From an uncultured virus (IMG/VR IMGVR_UViG_3300013109_000180) (Duplodnaviria; Heunggongvirae; Uroviricota; Caudoviricetes): a DNA stretch of 64,000 bases. The stretch lies in the IMG/VR virus record IMGVR_UViG_3300013109_000180. One strand, written 5' to 3'. Shown here in pieces: positions 9,685-18,779 of the stretch (position 1 is its first letter; every line of letters starts with the position of its first letter). Position numbers and translations under genes: made by a program. Under the pieces are notes generated by a model. The model was not told the DNA's origin. It ran no database searches and saw nothing but the letters and a program-made list of their open reading frames with translations.

Positions 9685-10362
9685 TTACTCCAACAGTCTT
9701 GATATTTGACTTGATGCTATATAAACATCGTTGTACTTAACGTTATTTATCTTATCAAAGTCAAATTCAAATGCCTTGGAATGATCAAATCCTTCCCATT
9801 GATCAAACTCTGCTATGTCATAAGGTTTAAATTTAAGTCCTTTACGTATTGCAAAATCTGTAATTTTAGCTGACTCTTTCCATAACAATTTACGCATAGT
9901 GTTATAGTCTGTATAGCCAGGCCTATAGTCAGGATAATGGTCTGGGGCAAAGTCCATGACTTCGCTCCACCATGCAAATGATTTTTGGGGTTCTCTATAT
10001 ATTAGGACAATGTAATCGCCCGGAAAGTTATTCCATATATAGTCTAAGTTGAATTTTCTTGCTAAGAAATGACATTTAATAACTCTATACCCTGTACCAG
10101 AGAATACGTTATTGATGTCTGTTTGAATTTTGTCTTTTGTTAAATGGTTAAAGTCTATCCAGTCTTCACCACACCCTTGTCCAGGTCCCCAATAACTTCC
10201 TCGGTGACCATTGTTTTTGTCTTTTGGGTTATATGCTCTATGATAGAAAGTTCTTTCAGGAGTTTCGTCTGTTCTATCGCAAGGCAGAATGGAACGTATT
10301 TGTATATCAATGCCGCTCCATCTACTTCCTGGTATTCCACATAACCAAACATTATTTGTCAA
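9685..10362 (-). CDS. Sulfotransferase-like P-loop protein
   Basis: CGIPGSRWS, VIKCH, LIYREP pattern reminiscent of PAPS-dependent sulfotransferases; TTG start. Confidence 0.45.
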   Translation of the reverse strand: MTNNVWLCGIPGSRWSGIDIQIRSILPCDRTDETPERTFYHRAYNPKDKNNGHRGSYWGPGQGCGEDWIDFNHLTKDKIQTDINNVFSGTGYRVIKCHFLARKFNLDYIWNNFPGDYIVLIYREPQKSFAWWSEVMDFAPDHYPDYRPGYTDYNTMRKLLWKESAKITDFAIRKGLKFKPYDIAEFDQWEGFDHSKAFEFDFDKINNVKYNDVYIASSQISRLLE

Positions 10363-10645
10363 AGTGTTTTCCCAAGAAACCGGTTACTCCGCGAATTACA
10401 TCTTTTTTAATAGCGGCGTAGTCTAACTTTAAACTGATGTTAGACATTGAGTCAACAGTGAGAGCTTTGATGATCTCATCTGCTGATTTATTCTTAATCA
10501 ACAGAAGATCTGCTTTTGTTAGTATTATTCTTTCACCAGTACCTAAATCTACCCTAACTTCTTTGATGTATTGGGCTGGAACATGATCCATAGATACCTG
10601 GTCAAAGATCAGATCAAATGATCTGTCCTTTCGTTCTATCGGCAT
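10352..10645 (-). CDS. Hypothetical protein
   Basis: ORF with AGGA RBS, in operon context. Confidence 0.75.
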   Translation of the reverse strand: MPIERKDRSFDLIFDQVSMDHVPAQYIKEVRVDLGTGERIILTKADLLLIKNKSADEIIKALTVDSMSNISLKLDYAAIKKDVIRGVTGFLGKHFDK

Positions 10646-10685
10646 GTGGATTCCTTTTAATTGTTATTGTATTTATTTAAAACAA

Positions 10686-11321
10686 TTATTCTGAAGCAGT
10701 TTCAACTTCAGGTTCCGTCTTAGCGACTGCTTTTTTAGGGCCAGGTTTTAAACCAGGAGCTAAATCATATGCTTGAGCTTTTAAGCTCTTTGCTTCTGTT
10801 TCATATCCTTTAGCCTGTGCTAATAAGTTTTTGGCTAAATCAGTATCGTTAAGACCGTCTTTAGCTCTAGCAGTACTTTCCATAACTGAACTAGGTGCAG
10901 GTGTAAGATCTTTACCTGCCATATTAATTTCATCTGTTGGTGGTTGAACTACTGCTTTACCACTATTTTCTTCACGTACAATATTATTAATTTCCGTTAA
11001 TCCAACTGCAATTGAATTGTTAGGTGTCATTTTAACATTGTCAGTAGGTGTTTTTTGCAACCTACCTGTAGAATGTAATGCCTGTAACATATTTGTTCCA
11101 TCAGTAAGAACTGAACGTTCAGCATACTGATAAAAATCAGTACTTGCCTGAGCACTAGGTGATTCTACGGCACTCATAATATCATCGTGGAACCAATCAG
11201 GAAGTGCATCAGTATCTACTACTAAGCATTGATTTGGTTCGTCCGGTAATTCTCTGAATACCACTACTACTTTTTTACCTGTGTTGGACAATTTTCCAAC
11301 ATGTTTTATGTTTGTTGTCAT
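10686..11321 (-). CDS. Hypothetical phage protein
   Basis: 211-aa ORF with AGGAG RBS. Confidence 0.8.
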   Translation of the reverse strand: MTTNIKHVGKLSNTGKKVVVVFRELPDEPNQCLVVDTDALPDWFHDDIMSAVESPSAQASTDFYQYAERSVLTDGTNMLQALHSTGRLQKTPTDNVKMTPNNSIAVGLTEINNIVREENSGKAVVQPPTDEINMAGKDLTPAPSSVMESTARAKDGLNDTDLAKNLLAQAKGYETEAKSLKAQAYDLAPGLKPGPKKAVAKTEPEVETASE

Positions 11322-11324
11322 AAT

Positions 11325-11606
11325 TTACTCCTTAGAGGATTCTTTTTCCTTAGAAGATTTAGCATCTTTCTTATCTGCTTTTTTATCTTCAGGTTGTGGT
11401 TGTGGTGAATTTGCTTTGATAAAAGCTACTAACTTCTCAAAACACGCACCTACTTGACCTGCTTCTGCCGCTTTAAAGGCGCCACGTTGTGTAGCAAGAT
11501 CAATAATATTTGCTGAAAGAACAATATCTTGGATTGATAATTCTACAACATTTGGTTTCTTTGGTGCTTCTACTACAACTTCTTTAACTTTTGTATTTTC
11601 TGCCAT
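11325..11606 (-). CDS. Hypothetical protein with charged C-terminal tail
   Basis: ORF with AGGAG RBS. Confidence 0.75.
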   Translation of the reverse strand: MAENTKVKEVVVEAPKKPNVVELSIQDIVLSANIIDLATQRGAFKAAEAGQVGACFEKLVAFIKANSPQPQPEDKKADKKDAKSSKEKESSKE

Positions 11607-11638
11607 GTTTATCTCCTTTGGTAGATTATATAAACTAC

Positions 11639-11676
11639 ATGTTTATTTATGCTAATTAAGTACTATGTTTATTTAT
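11639..11676 (-). repeat. 12-bp direct repeat (atgtttatttat x2), each copy containing TAAATA on minus
   Basis: Copies at 11639-11650 and 11665-11676 in intergenic DNA. Confidence 0.6.
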
Positions 11677-11682
11677 ACCGGT

Positions 11683-12030
11683 TTAAATGACGGTTTTTTG
11701 GGTTGGTTCGTGAGCTGTATTACTTAATTTGCTGACATAAAGGTTTTTATTAAATTGATCTATATCATCCTTTAGTTCAAACCATAGCTGATATATCTGC
11801 TTAGACTTATCCAATGGTCTAATATGGTATAACCCCTTTATATCTGTCATCAGATCGTTCCAGGCTACATCATTGTTATTAGTTACAACAACAACTCTAT
11901 TTCTCATCATTGCTTCAACTAATTCTGTACCTGCAATTAATTGCAAGTCTGTTTCACTTAGGCTTCCGCCATTGCTAACTAATTTTATTTTATTAGTTTG
12001 TTCTTTTTTCACTTTTTTAACCATTCCCAT
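11683..12030 (-). CDS. Hypothetical protein
   Basis: ORF directly downstream of a consensus promoter. Confidence 0.7.
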   Translation of the reverse strand: MGMVKKVKKEQTNKIKLVSNGGSLSETDLQLIAGTELVEAMMRNRVVVVTNNNDVAWNDLMTDIKGLYHIRPLDKSKQIYQLWFELKDDIDQFNKNLYVSKLSNTAHEPTQKTVI

Positions 12031-12040
12031 AATATGTTAT

Positions 12041-12069
12041 ATTATATAATAAATTAACAGTCGTGTCAA
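12041..12069 (-). promoter_or_regulatory. Sigma70-type promoter
   Basis: TTGACA-17bp-TATAAT, perfect consensus. Confidence 0.85.
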
Positions 12070-12072
12070 CCA

Positions 12073-12429
12073 TTAACCTTTAAAAGATAGCCTAAAAATC
12101 ATTGCATCTTCTGGATTTTCAAAATGAAAAGTGTGGCTATCATCTGGATTAGCCCACTTTACTGCATTAAAAGTATGATGATAAAGATGCTTTCTACACC
12201 ATTTAAGAGCACCTTCGTAATTATGATTAAATTTAACTACAACTGGTGTGCTTTTTGGCGCCCATTTTTTCTTATATTCCATAACCATTAAGGGAGTCCA
12301 ATCTTTACATTTCAATCCATATAATCTTATATTGGTCCTTTGATTTGGATTGTAAAGGGAGAAATCCACTTTCTCCTCTTCTTGTAATTTAGGTGTTAAC
12401 CCTAAATTGTATAAAACTCCGTCTTCCAT
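12073..12429 (-). CDS. Hypothetical protein
   Basis: Start moved to MEDGVL, which follows an AAGGAG RBS; ends FHFENPEDAMIFRL. Confidence 0.7.
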   Translation of the reverse strand: MEDGVLYNLGLTPKLQEEEKVDFSLYNPNQRTNIRLYGLKCKDWTPLMVMEYKKKWAPKSTPVVVKFNHNYEGALKWCRKHLYHHTFNAVKWANPDDSHTFHFENPEDAMIFRLSFKG

Positions 12430-12458
12430 GTTACTATACTCCTTTAATGAATTCTTTA

Positions 12459-13679
12459 TCAAATGTTCCCCCAATAAAGTCTATCAGGTGATACTGATAT
12501 GTTTGAAGATGATGTGAGTTGTCCCTTAACATACCCTAATTTAATAGTAAGTTCTGGCTGATATATACTTACATAACGAGTATGTGAAGCAATCCACTCT
12601 GCATCATCATTAGGATTGTTATAACCACAATCAGCATAGCATGTTTTAATCCAATCTTCTCTATCCATATTCTTAACCTTACGATATGGATTAGAAAGTG
12701 CACCTTTGTTTACTCTGGCCCATTTACCCAAATATGTATGATCTTTTAAGAGTTTATATCCATGGCTGTATATTTGATGTACTTTTGCTCCGTGTGGTAA
12801 TGTAAATTCAAGAAAGTCATACCCTTGAGCATAGTAAATTTCTGTAAGAATACTAAGATGGTTTAAATATTCTATATAGTAATTAAAATTATTTGCTCCT
12901 CTTGCCGCTTGGTTTACCCATACTCCATCTTTATTAACTTGGCTTAATACTATGTAAATATCGTCATGTCCTTTATCAAGTAATGCTTGATTTTCAAATC
13001 TAAACCCAAGCATGATTTCAGCCAATGCAACTTTAGTACGTATATTACCACAAGTATTTGTGTCTACGTTTTTTCTCATTGCCTGCAATGGGTCGTAAAT
13101 ACTACACGATTTTGAACCTCCATCAATAACTGGAAATGTTTGTTCTGTTAGTTTTCTTAACAAATATGCATCAACTAGTTTACGTTCTGATGCAGTATAA
13201 TTAAAATCATTGTACCAAACTGCATACAATTGTCCAAACGTACCCAATGTACTAGGAATATCATATCCTGATACATTATAATCGTTTGACCGTAACATCT
13301 TTGGAGTCATTACATCTTTTGGATTAGTAGCCCAAGAAAGTAATATTTCTTTTAATGGATTAATATTATCTTTTGTTATACTATTGATATATGCTTGACA
13401 CTTAAACCAACCTTCGTGTGTTTTATCGTTTTTAGGAAATGGTGTTACAGTTTTAATACGAGTAATACATTGCTCTAAATCAAATTCCATAGCATAGTAG
13501 TTTGCTTTGTCGTATGATATTTCTTTTGATATCTTTTTAAAAGCATCAAAGTTAATTACCGGCGACCAGTTGTCTACTATTTTAATTTGCTTTAAGTGAT
13601 TTGGTTCTAAACTACCAGCATTAACACTTGTTGTAAATGTAAATGCAAGTAATGTAATTAATAGTTTAAGACGCTTCAT
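12459..13679 (-). CDS. Secreted protein, possibly alginate-lyase-like (alpha/alpha toroid)
   Basis: Signal peptide MKRLKLLITLLAFTFTTSVNA; RGANNFNYY...LTEIYYAQGYD resembles the PL5-type C-terminal pattern. Confidence 0.4.
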   Translation of the reverse strand: MKRLKLLITLLAFTFTTSVNAGSLEPNHLKQIKIVDNWSPVINFDAFKKISKEISYDKANYYAMEFDLEQCITRIKTVTPFPKNDKTHEGWFKCQAYINSITKDNINPLKEILLSWATNPKDVMTPKMLRSNDYNVSGYDIPSTLGTFGQLYAVWYNDFNYTASERKLVDAYLLRKLTEQTFPVIDGGSKSCSIYDPLQAMRKNVDTNTCGNIRTKVALAEIMLGFRFENQALLDKGHDDIYIVLSQVNKDGVWVNQAARGANNFNYYIEYLNHLSILTEIYYAQGYDFLEFTLPHGAKVHQIYSHGYKLLKDHTYLGKWARVNKGALSNPYRKVKNMDREDWIKTCYADCGYNNPNDDAEWIASHTRYVSIYQPELTIKLGYVKGQLTSSSNISVSPDRLYWGNI

Positions 13680-14850
13680 AATGTACTGTAACTCCAAATG
13701 GAGATTTAATTTTTCTTTTTGTATCTCCGTGTATTACAAAAAGTGTATCACAGTATTCTGCATTACCCCAACTACCCCAAGGATAGCCATCTGTGAACAT
13801 TACTAATTGATCTGGGTCAATGTTATGTTCTTCCATATACTTAAATACTACATCAAAATCAGTTCCGCCGCCACCTGTAAGTTGATAGTCTGCCATTGAA
13901 CGCCCATCATCACTAGTAAAATTTTCTGCACCATATACATCAGTATCAAATTGAAATATATGAACCTTATAACTATTGTATTGATCCATAATGCCTTGTA
14001 CTTCGCTAAGGAAATCACGTAGCATATCTTTACTAATACTACCTGAGGTATCAAGACCTACGGCAATATTTAATTCTTCATCTTTATTCATACCTGGAAA
14101 AAGAACTTCTCCTGAACGTTTGCTAGGACGCATAAAAGTAAAATCGTTTTTAAGTGAACTTTCTAACTGAGTTCTAAGTATATCTCTCCAGTCCATTTTA
14201 GGTGCAATTAGTTCACTAATCATTCTCTTAACTGATTCTGGTACTCCTTCGCCTGCGGCCTGTGCCGCTTGGATTGTGGCTTGTTTAATTTCGTCTGCTA
14301 ATGCTTTCTTTTCTTCTTCAGACATTTCATCACCAGCACCTTGTCCAGCCTGCTCTTTTTGTTCATCGCTTAATTCATCCATATGAACATCCATGCCTTT
14401 TTGATCTTCTTGATCTTTTAATAAATCATCATAAATCTCATAACTGTTCCAGCCTTTATATTTCCAGTCCATACATATTTTACCACCTTGCAGTTTATCT
14501 TCTGTAATAGGCTTACCAATATTTTGTTCTACAAGCGTCATATTAATATTATAATCACACGCCGCATTATAAAGCATTGGTTTACGATCTCCACGTGCCT
14601 GCATATGATCAAATACACAATGCAACACTTCGTGTCCTACTAGGAAATCAAGCATTTCATCATTTAGAGAATTAATAAAATCTCTATTAAACATAAATCT
14701 ACGACCGTCTGTTGCCGCTGTCGGTAAAAATGAACTTGCATCTTCAAGTTTTAATCTTACAGCCAGTTGTCCAAAGAAAGGTTTAGTTAATAACAACCTA
14801 ACTCTGGACTGTGTAATTCTTTCTTCGGCAGTTTTAATATTAGTATTCAT
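13666..14850 (-). CDS. Metallopeptidase-like + VWA domain protein (DUF2201-like)
   Basis: TAATDG, HEVLH, DTSGS MIDAS motif, GGGTDF, FTDG. Confidence 0.85.
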   Translation of the reverse strand: MNTNIKTAEERITQSRVRLLLTKPFFGQLAVRLKLEDASSFLPTAATDGRRFMFNRDFINSLNDEMLDFLVGHEVLHCVFDHMQARGDRKPMLYNAACDYNINMTLVEQNIGKPITEDKLQGGKICMDWKYKGWNSYEIYDDLLKDQEDQKGMDVHMDELSDEQKEQAGQGAGDEMSEEEKKALADEIKQATIQAAQAAGEGVPESVKRMISELIAPKMDWRDILRTQLESSLKNDFTFMRPSKRSGEVLFPGMNKDEELNIAVGLDTSGSISKDMLRDFLSEVQGIMDQYNSYKVHIFQFDTDVYGAENFTSDDGRSMADYQLTGGGGTDFDVVFKYMEEHNIDPDQLVMFTDGYPWGSWGNAEYCDTLFVIHGDTKRKIKSPFGVTVHYEAS

Positions 14851-15974
14851 TATGCGTCCAGCACCAATCTTCCATATCTAGAAAAGTATTCTTCAAATCT
14901 TTCTATTTTCTTCTGCTTAGGTACTAACTTGTACTGTTGCATTGCAATTCTTGATGCCATAACAACCATTTCAGTTTCCATATTATCCATCATAAAACTG
15001 ATAAAGTTTGAAAAACTCTTATGGTATTTTTCCATTGCCTTACTATCAGCACCTGCTTTTTCACCAGCAATAAATCTATCACGTAGTTCATAACATAGTG
15101 ATGTTGCTAATGCATACATGGCTGATACCTCAGTAGTATCAATTTTTTTAACTTTGGCATCTAACACATCTTCTGGAACAGGAAGGTCTCCTGCAATTTT
15201 TCTATGTGCCATAAACTTAACGGCAATACCTTCACCAACACAACCTGCTACCATATCAGTTTGTAAAGAATCTGACATTGGTTCATCACCTTCAAGTAAT
15301 TCTGAAGTAAATGTCCAAGCTCTCGGTGTTGCAAATCCTCTTGAACTTGATTGAGGATCAAAATTGTATAAGTCACCTTTTGCAAATGACAAGTAACCAA
15401 CTACATCAGGATTAACTTCATGTAGTACAGCCCAATTTAACCAATCGTTAAAATCAACTCTAAGTTCAAAATGAACAAATCTATTCTCAAGTGGTTTAGG
15501 CATTCTGTAAGTAACACCTTTATCTGTTTCTCTATTACCTGCGGCAATCATAACAACGTTATCTGGAAGTTCATACTGTCCAATACGTCTGTTAAGGATT
15601 AACTGGTAACCTGCGGCTTGTACACTTGGTGCCGCTGAATTCATTTCATCTAAAAATACAATTATTGTATCGTATTTTTTAGCCATCTTCGCATCTGGTA
15701 GATCAGCTGGTGGTAACCATTTCATAACACCTGAATCCATATCTGGTACAGGGTAACCTCTTAAATCAGTAGGTTCGAATAAAGCAAGACGCATGTCAAT
15801 AACATGAGTTTTACCAAGTACACCAGAGTCGCCAATTTCTTTAACTAACTCTGATTTACCAATTCCTGGAGGACCCCATAAAAATACAGGTCTTTTCTTT
15901 TGAAAAGCCCTAGTAATTAAAGTGGTCGCTTCGCTTATTTTAATTGTTCTTGAATCACTTATCGCAGTTTTCAT
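14850..15974 (-). CDS. MoxR-like AAA+ ATPase
   Basis: GPPGIGKS Walker A, FLDE Walker B, AAGNR, NRF, TPR; start at 15974 follows an AGGA RBS (alternative ATG at 16028). Confidence 0.85.
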   Translation of the reverse strand: MKTAISDSRTIKISEATTLITRAFQKKRPVFLWGPPGIGKSELVKEIGDSGVLGKTHVIDMRLALFEPTDLRGYPVPDMDSGVMKWLPPADLPDAKMAKKYDTIIVFLDEMNSAAPSVQAAGYQLILNRRIGQYELPDNVVMIAAGNRETDKGVTYRMPKPLENRFVHFELRVDFNDWLNWAVLHEVNPDVVGYLSFAKGDLYNFDPQSSSRGFATPRAWTFTSELLEGDEPMSDSLQTDMVAGCVGEGIAVKFMAHRKIAGDLPVPEDVLDAKVKKIDTTEVSAMYALATSLCYELRDRFIAGEKAGADSKAMEKYHKSFSNFISFMMDNMETEMVVMASRIAMQQYKLVPKQKKIERFEEYFSRYGRLVLDA

Positions 15975-16042
15975 ATTTTTACTTCCTTCTTCTAATGGTA
16001 AAATTGATTTCTTTTGTTTCTTTGGCATTTCTGCTACTTTCT

Positions 16043-16071
16043 ATTGTAATACAAATTTTTGTATTAGTCAA
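16043..16071 (-). promoter_or_regulatory. Sigma70-type promoter with inverted repeat across the spacer
   Basis: TTGACT-17bp-TACAAT; taatacaaa-tt-tttgtatta at 16047-16066. Confidence 0.7.
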
Positions 16072-16074
16072 CAT

Positions 16075-16248
16075 TTAATTGTTAATTTTAGCAAGGGTGC
16101 CATCTAATGCTACCCAAATAAATAATCCTATTCCGCTAATTCCGAATAGGAAACAACCTAACCAGTTATTACTCTCATATCCTGTAGGTCCGTCAATACA
16201 TGCACTTGCTAGTATTAAACTTATAATTGCTAGTGTTACTCTAAACAT
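16075..16248 (-). CDS. Small two-TM membrane protein (57 aa, not in ORF track)
   Basis: MFRVTLAIISLILASACIDGPTGYESNNWLGCFLFGISGIGLFIWVALDGTLAKINN; AAGGA RBS; promoter upstream. Confidence 0.7.
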   Translation of the reverse strand: MFRVTLAIISLILASACIDGPTGYESNNWLGCFLFGISGIGLFIWVALDGTLAKINN

Positions 16249-16279
16249 ATAATATTCCTTTTTCTAACTTTATAACTAT

Positions 16280-16308
16280 AGTATACAGTAAGACGTCTTA
16301 CTTGTCAA
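16280..16308 (-). promoter_or_regulatory. Sigma70-type promoter with a perfect 16-bp palindrome in the spacer
   Basis: TTGACA-17bp-TATACT; agtaagacgtcttact at 16287-16302. Confidence 0.8.
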
Positions 16309-16335
16309 CCTTTTAAGGCTAAAAATGCCATAAAA

Positions 16336-16390
16336 AAACCCTTATTTTACAAGGGTTTAGTATTTTTTTAGTATTTTTTTAGTATTTTTC
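16336..16390. repeat. Inverted repeat followed by three tagtattttt tandem units
   Basis: aaaccctt-attttac-aagggttt at 16336-16358, then tagtattttt(tt) x3; may act as a terminator or UP element. Confidence 0.55.
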
Positions 16391-16413
16391 TGGTAAAATT
16401 GTGAATTATTACG

Positions 16414-17709
16414 TTAAATGCCCTGTCTTTTTATGATATCTGTCAGTGTTTTTATGTCAATTTCTCTCATAGCCACTTCAATTTCTATTTCTTCTTCACC
16501 ACGCCTTACTTTAACTGTCCAAAGATCTCCTGGAAAAGCCGTAATTGTCATACGTAATACTTTAAAACTATTATATATAGTTTCACCGTTTATTTCTAAT
16601 AAGATATCACCTTGTTCAAAACCAGCTAATTCGCCTACTGTTTTTTCTTTTTCTACTGGTGGTTGTCCAGCCGCCGCTACTGGTGGTTCTGGGTAGTCAA
16701 AATAAGCATAACGCCTATCTTCTTTTTCTATGTCTTTAACTTCTGGAAATTTAAATGATCCAAGACTAAAAGGAAATTCTACATACGGTACATAACCTTT
16801 AGCATCATATTGTGGGCTAAGAATATAGTCAACACTTCTTTTTACTTGATCTACACTTACTGCCATTCCTACACCATCCCAACCAGGAATTTTCCTGCCT
16901 GGACTGTATATACTCTGTACAAGACCAATAAATTGCCCATTATCATTAAATACAGGTCCACCACTATTACCTTGGTTAACAACTGCATCTATTTGTAGCA
17001 TTAAGTTGTATGGACGCATACCATATCTATCTTTATATACAACGTGACCTTGTGTAGATGACCAAGACATACTCATTCCATGTCCTATAACAACAATAGG
17101 TGTGCCTTGGGAATAATCTTCATTTGTGCCCCATTCTATAGGTTCCCATTCTTCATTATCTTTTTTCTGGATTTTTAATACAGCTACATCAGTTATCATG
17201 TCATAACCAATGATTTCTGCGTCATATGACCACATTTCTGAGGCTGTTTGTACTGCTATTGTAAATATGTCCGGTTGTTCTAAATATGCATCAACAACAT
17301 GATAATTTGTAACAATTGTTGCAGATTCATCATCAACATCTATTATAAAACCTGTTCCTCTACCCGACATTCCATTAAGTTCTGGATTATCTGGAGCAAA
17401 AACGCTCATAACGACAACACGAGAAAAGTTTTCGTATATTACTTTTTTCGATTTACGTTCTTGATCAAACTCTTTGCCATTAAGTATCCATCCATTAACT
17501 TCATATAATCCTTCAGCGAATGTTGGATAAGTATCGTATAATGATACGATGCCCTTATGAATGCTTGTTTGAATAGTTCTATAATAAGAATTAATTACCG
17601 TACTCAACGTAACGGCTATTATAATAAGCGAAACAGTTTTCACGAATGGTTTTTTGAAGAATGTCTTTAAACTCTTACCAAAACCATTGTTCAATTTTTT
17701 CTTGGACAT
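16414..17709 (-). CDS. HtrA/DegP-like serine protease with PDZ domain and N-terminal membrane anchor
   Basis: GTGFII, TNYHVV, DVAVLK, GNSGGP; C-terminal GDILLEING PDZ. Confidence 0.9.
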   Translation of the reverse strand: MSKKKLNNGFGKSLKTFFKKPFVKTVSLIIIAVTLSTVINSYYRTIQTSIHKGIVSLYDTYPTFAEGLYEVNGWILNGKEFDQERKSKKVIYENFSRVVVMSVFAPDNPELNGMSGRGTGFIIDVDDESATIVTNYHVVDAYLEQPDIFTIAVQTASEMWSYDAEIIGYDMITDVAVLKIQKKDNEEWEPIEWGTNEDYSQGTPIVVIGHGMSMSWSSTQGHVVYKDRYGMRPYNLMLQIDAVVNQGNSGGPVFNDNGQFIGLVQSIYSPGRKIPGWDGVGMAVSVDQVKRSVDYILSPQYDAKGYVPYVEFPFSLGSFKFPEVKDIEKEDRRYAYFDYPEPPVAAAGQPPVEKEKTVGELAGFEQGDILLEINGETIYNSFKVLRMTITAFPGDLWTVKVRRGEEEIEIEVAMREIDIKTLTDIIKRQGI

Positions 17710-17756
17710 ATAGTTTCCTTTTCTGTTTTGTTTCCAAACTATAGGAAACTATATGT
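17706..17756 (-). promoter_or_regulatory. 14-bp perfect stem-loop covering the RBS and start codon of the htrA-like gene
   Basis: acatatagtttcct (17706-17719) pairs with aggaaactatatgt (17743-17756); TAAATA motif at 17756-17761. Confidence 0.7.
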
Positions 17757-17807
17757 ATTTACCACTATTACTGCTTTTATTAAACTCTAGTTTTACTAAT
17801 TTTACCG

Positions 17808-18779
17808 CTAAAACCTTAGATCTCGTAGGCTGATATCTGTCGCCTTCATGTTTCCTATTTTAACACGTTCCGGATTATTTGTATATACTAACACATTCGG
17901 ATCATGTATTAAGAAGTCACAATCTAAACAATAAGGTACTTGTTCATAATTACCAGTTGTATGTGCTTCTCTAAGGTTATTATATTCTTCACCATTAAAT
18001 ATTTCTTCAATTGTATTGTCTTGCAAATGACCTAATACACTTTTACTTTCTTTTGGTGCTCCCATTGTTTGACAGCACGGAACAACTGCTCCATTTTTTC
18101 CATTTAATCCGCCTGCACGTATTGTTAGGTCTGGACTAAAAGGTCTACCACATGAACTTACTGTACCTTGTCTGGTATTACTATCAATTTGTCCTGCCCA
18201 ATTATGCATTTTCCATATTTCTGCTTCTGTACCTGCTGGTTCAATAAAATTCTTTTTATACTGTTCTATTTCCCATTCAGTACGATTATTGTCAATTATT
18301 AAATGATAACTGCTTATGACTGCATCAATGTTTTGTTGTTGTACATAATTAAGTGCTTCGTTTGCATGTTTTATAATAGTGTTAAATGCATCTATTTGCA
18401 TCCAGTTCTTATATGTTTCTGCATCATACCCAATATCACTGAATCTACAAATATATAATCCTGCATTAAACATATCATGCATTAATTTACCTTTTACAAG
18501 TAACCCATTTGTATAAAGTAAAGGTAGCATATCTCTTTTTTTAACTGCTTCGATATACTTTACAATATGTTTATTTAATGTTGCTTCTCCGCTACCTTCT
18601 ATGTTTACTACTTGTACTCCATATTGGGAGGCATCATCTAATATTTTTTCAAATAGTTTAAATGGAAGTAATTTTAAGAAATCTTGTTGTCGGCCGTTGT
18701 TATCTTTGCCTTGTGGACACATTTTACAGGAGAAATTACATCCGCCGAATATTTCTAAACTAAGTCTTTTTATTTGCAT
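17808..18779 (-). CDS. Radical SAM protein with C-terminal SPASM/twitch domain
   Basis: CNFSCKMC, GSGEA, TNG; CGRPF...VVPCC...CLDC. Confidence 0.9.
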   Translation of the reverse strand: MQIKRLSLEIFGGCNFSCKMCPQGKDNNGRQQDFLKLLPFKLFEKILDDASQYGVQVVNIEGSGEATLNKHIVKYIEAVKKRDMLPLLYTNGLLVKGKLMHDMFNAGLYICRFSDIGYDAETYKNWMQIDAFNTIIKHANEALNYVQQQNIDAVISSYHLIIDNNRTEWEIEQYKKNFIEPAGTEAEIWKMHNWAGQIDSNTRQGTVSSCGRPFSPDLTIRAGGLNGKNGAVVPCCQTMGAPKESKSVLGHLQDNTIEEIFNGEEYNNLREAHTTGNYEQVPYCLDCDFLIHDPNVLVYTNNPERVKIGNMKATDISLRDLRF

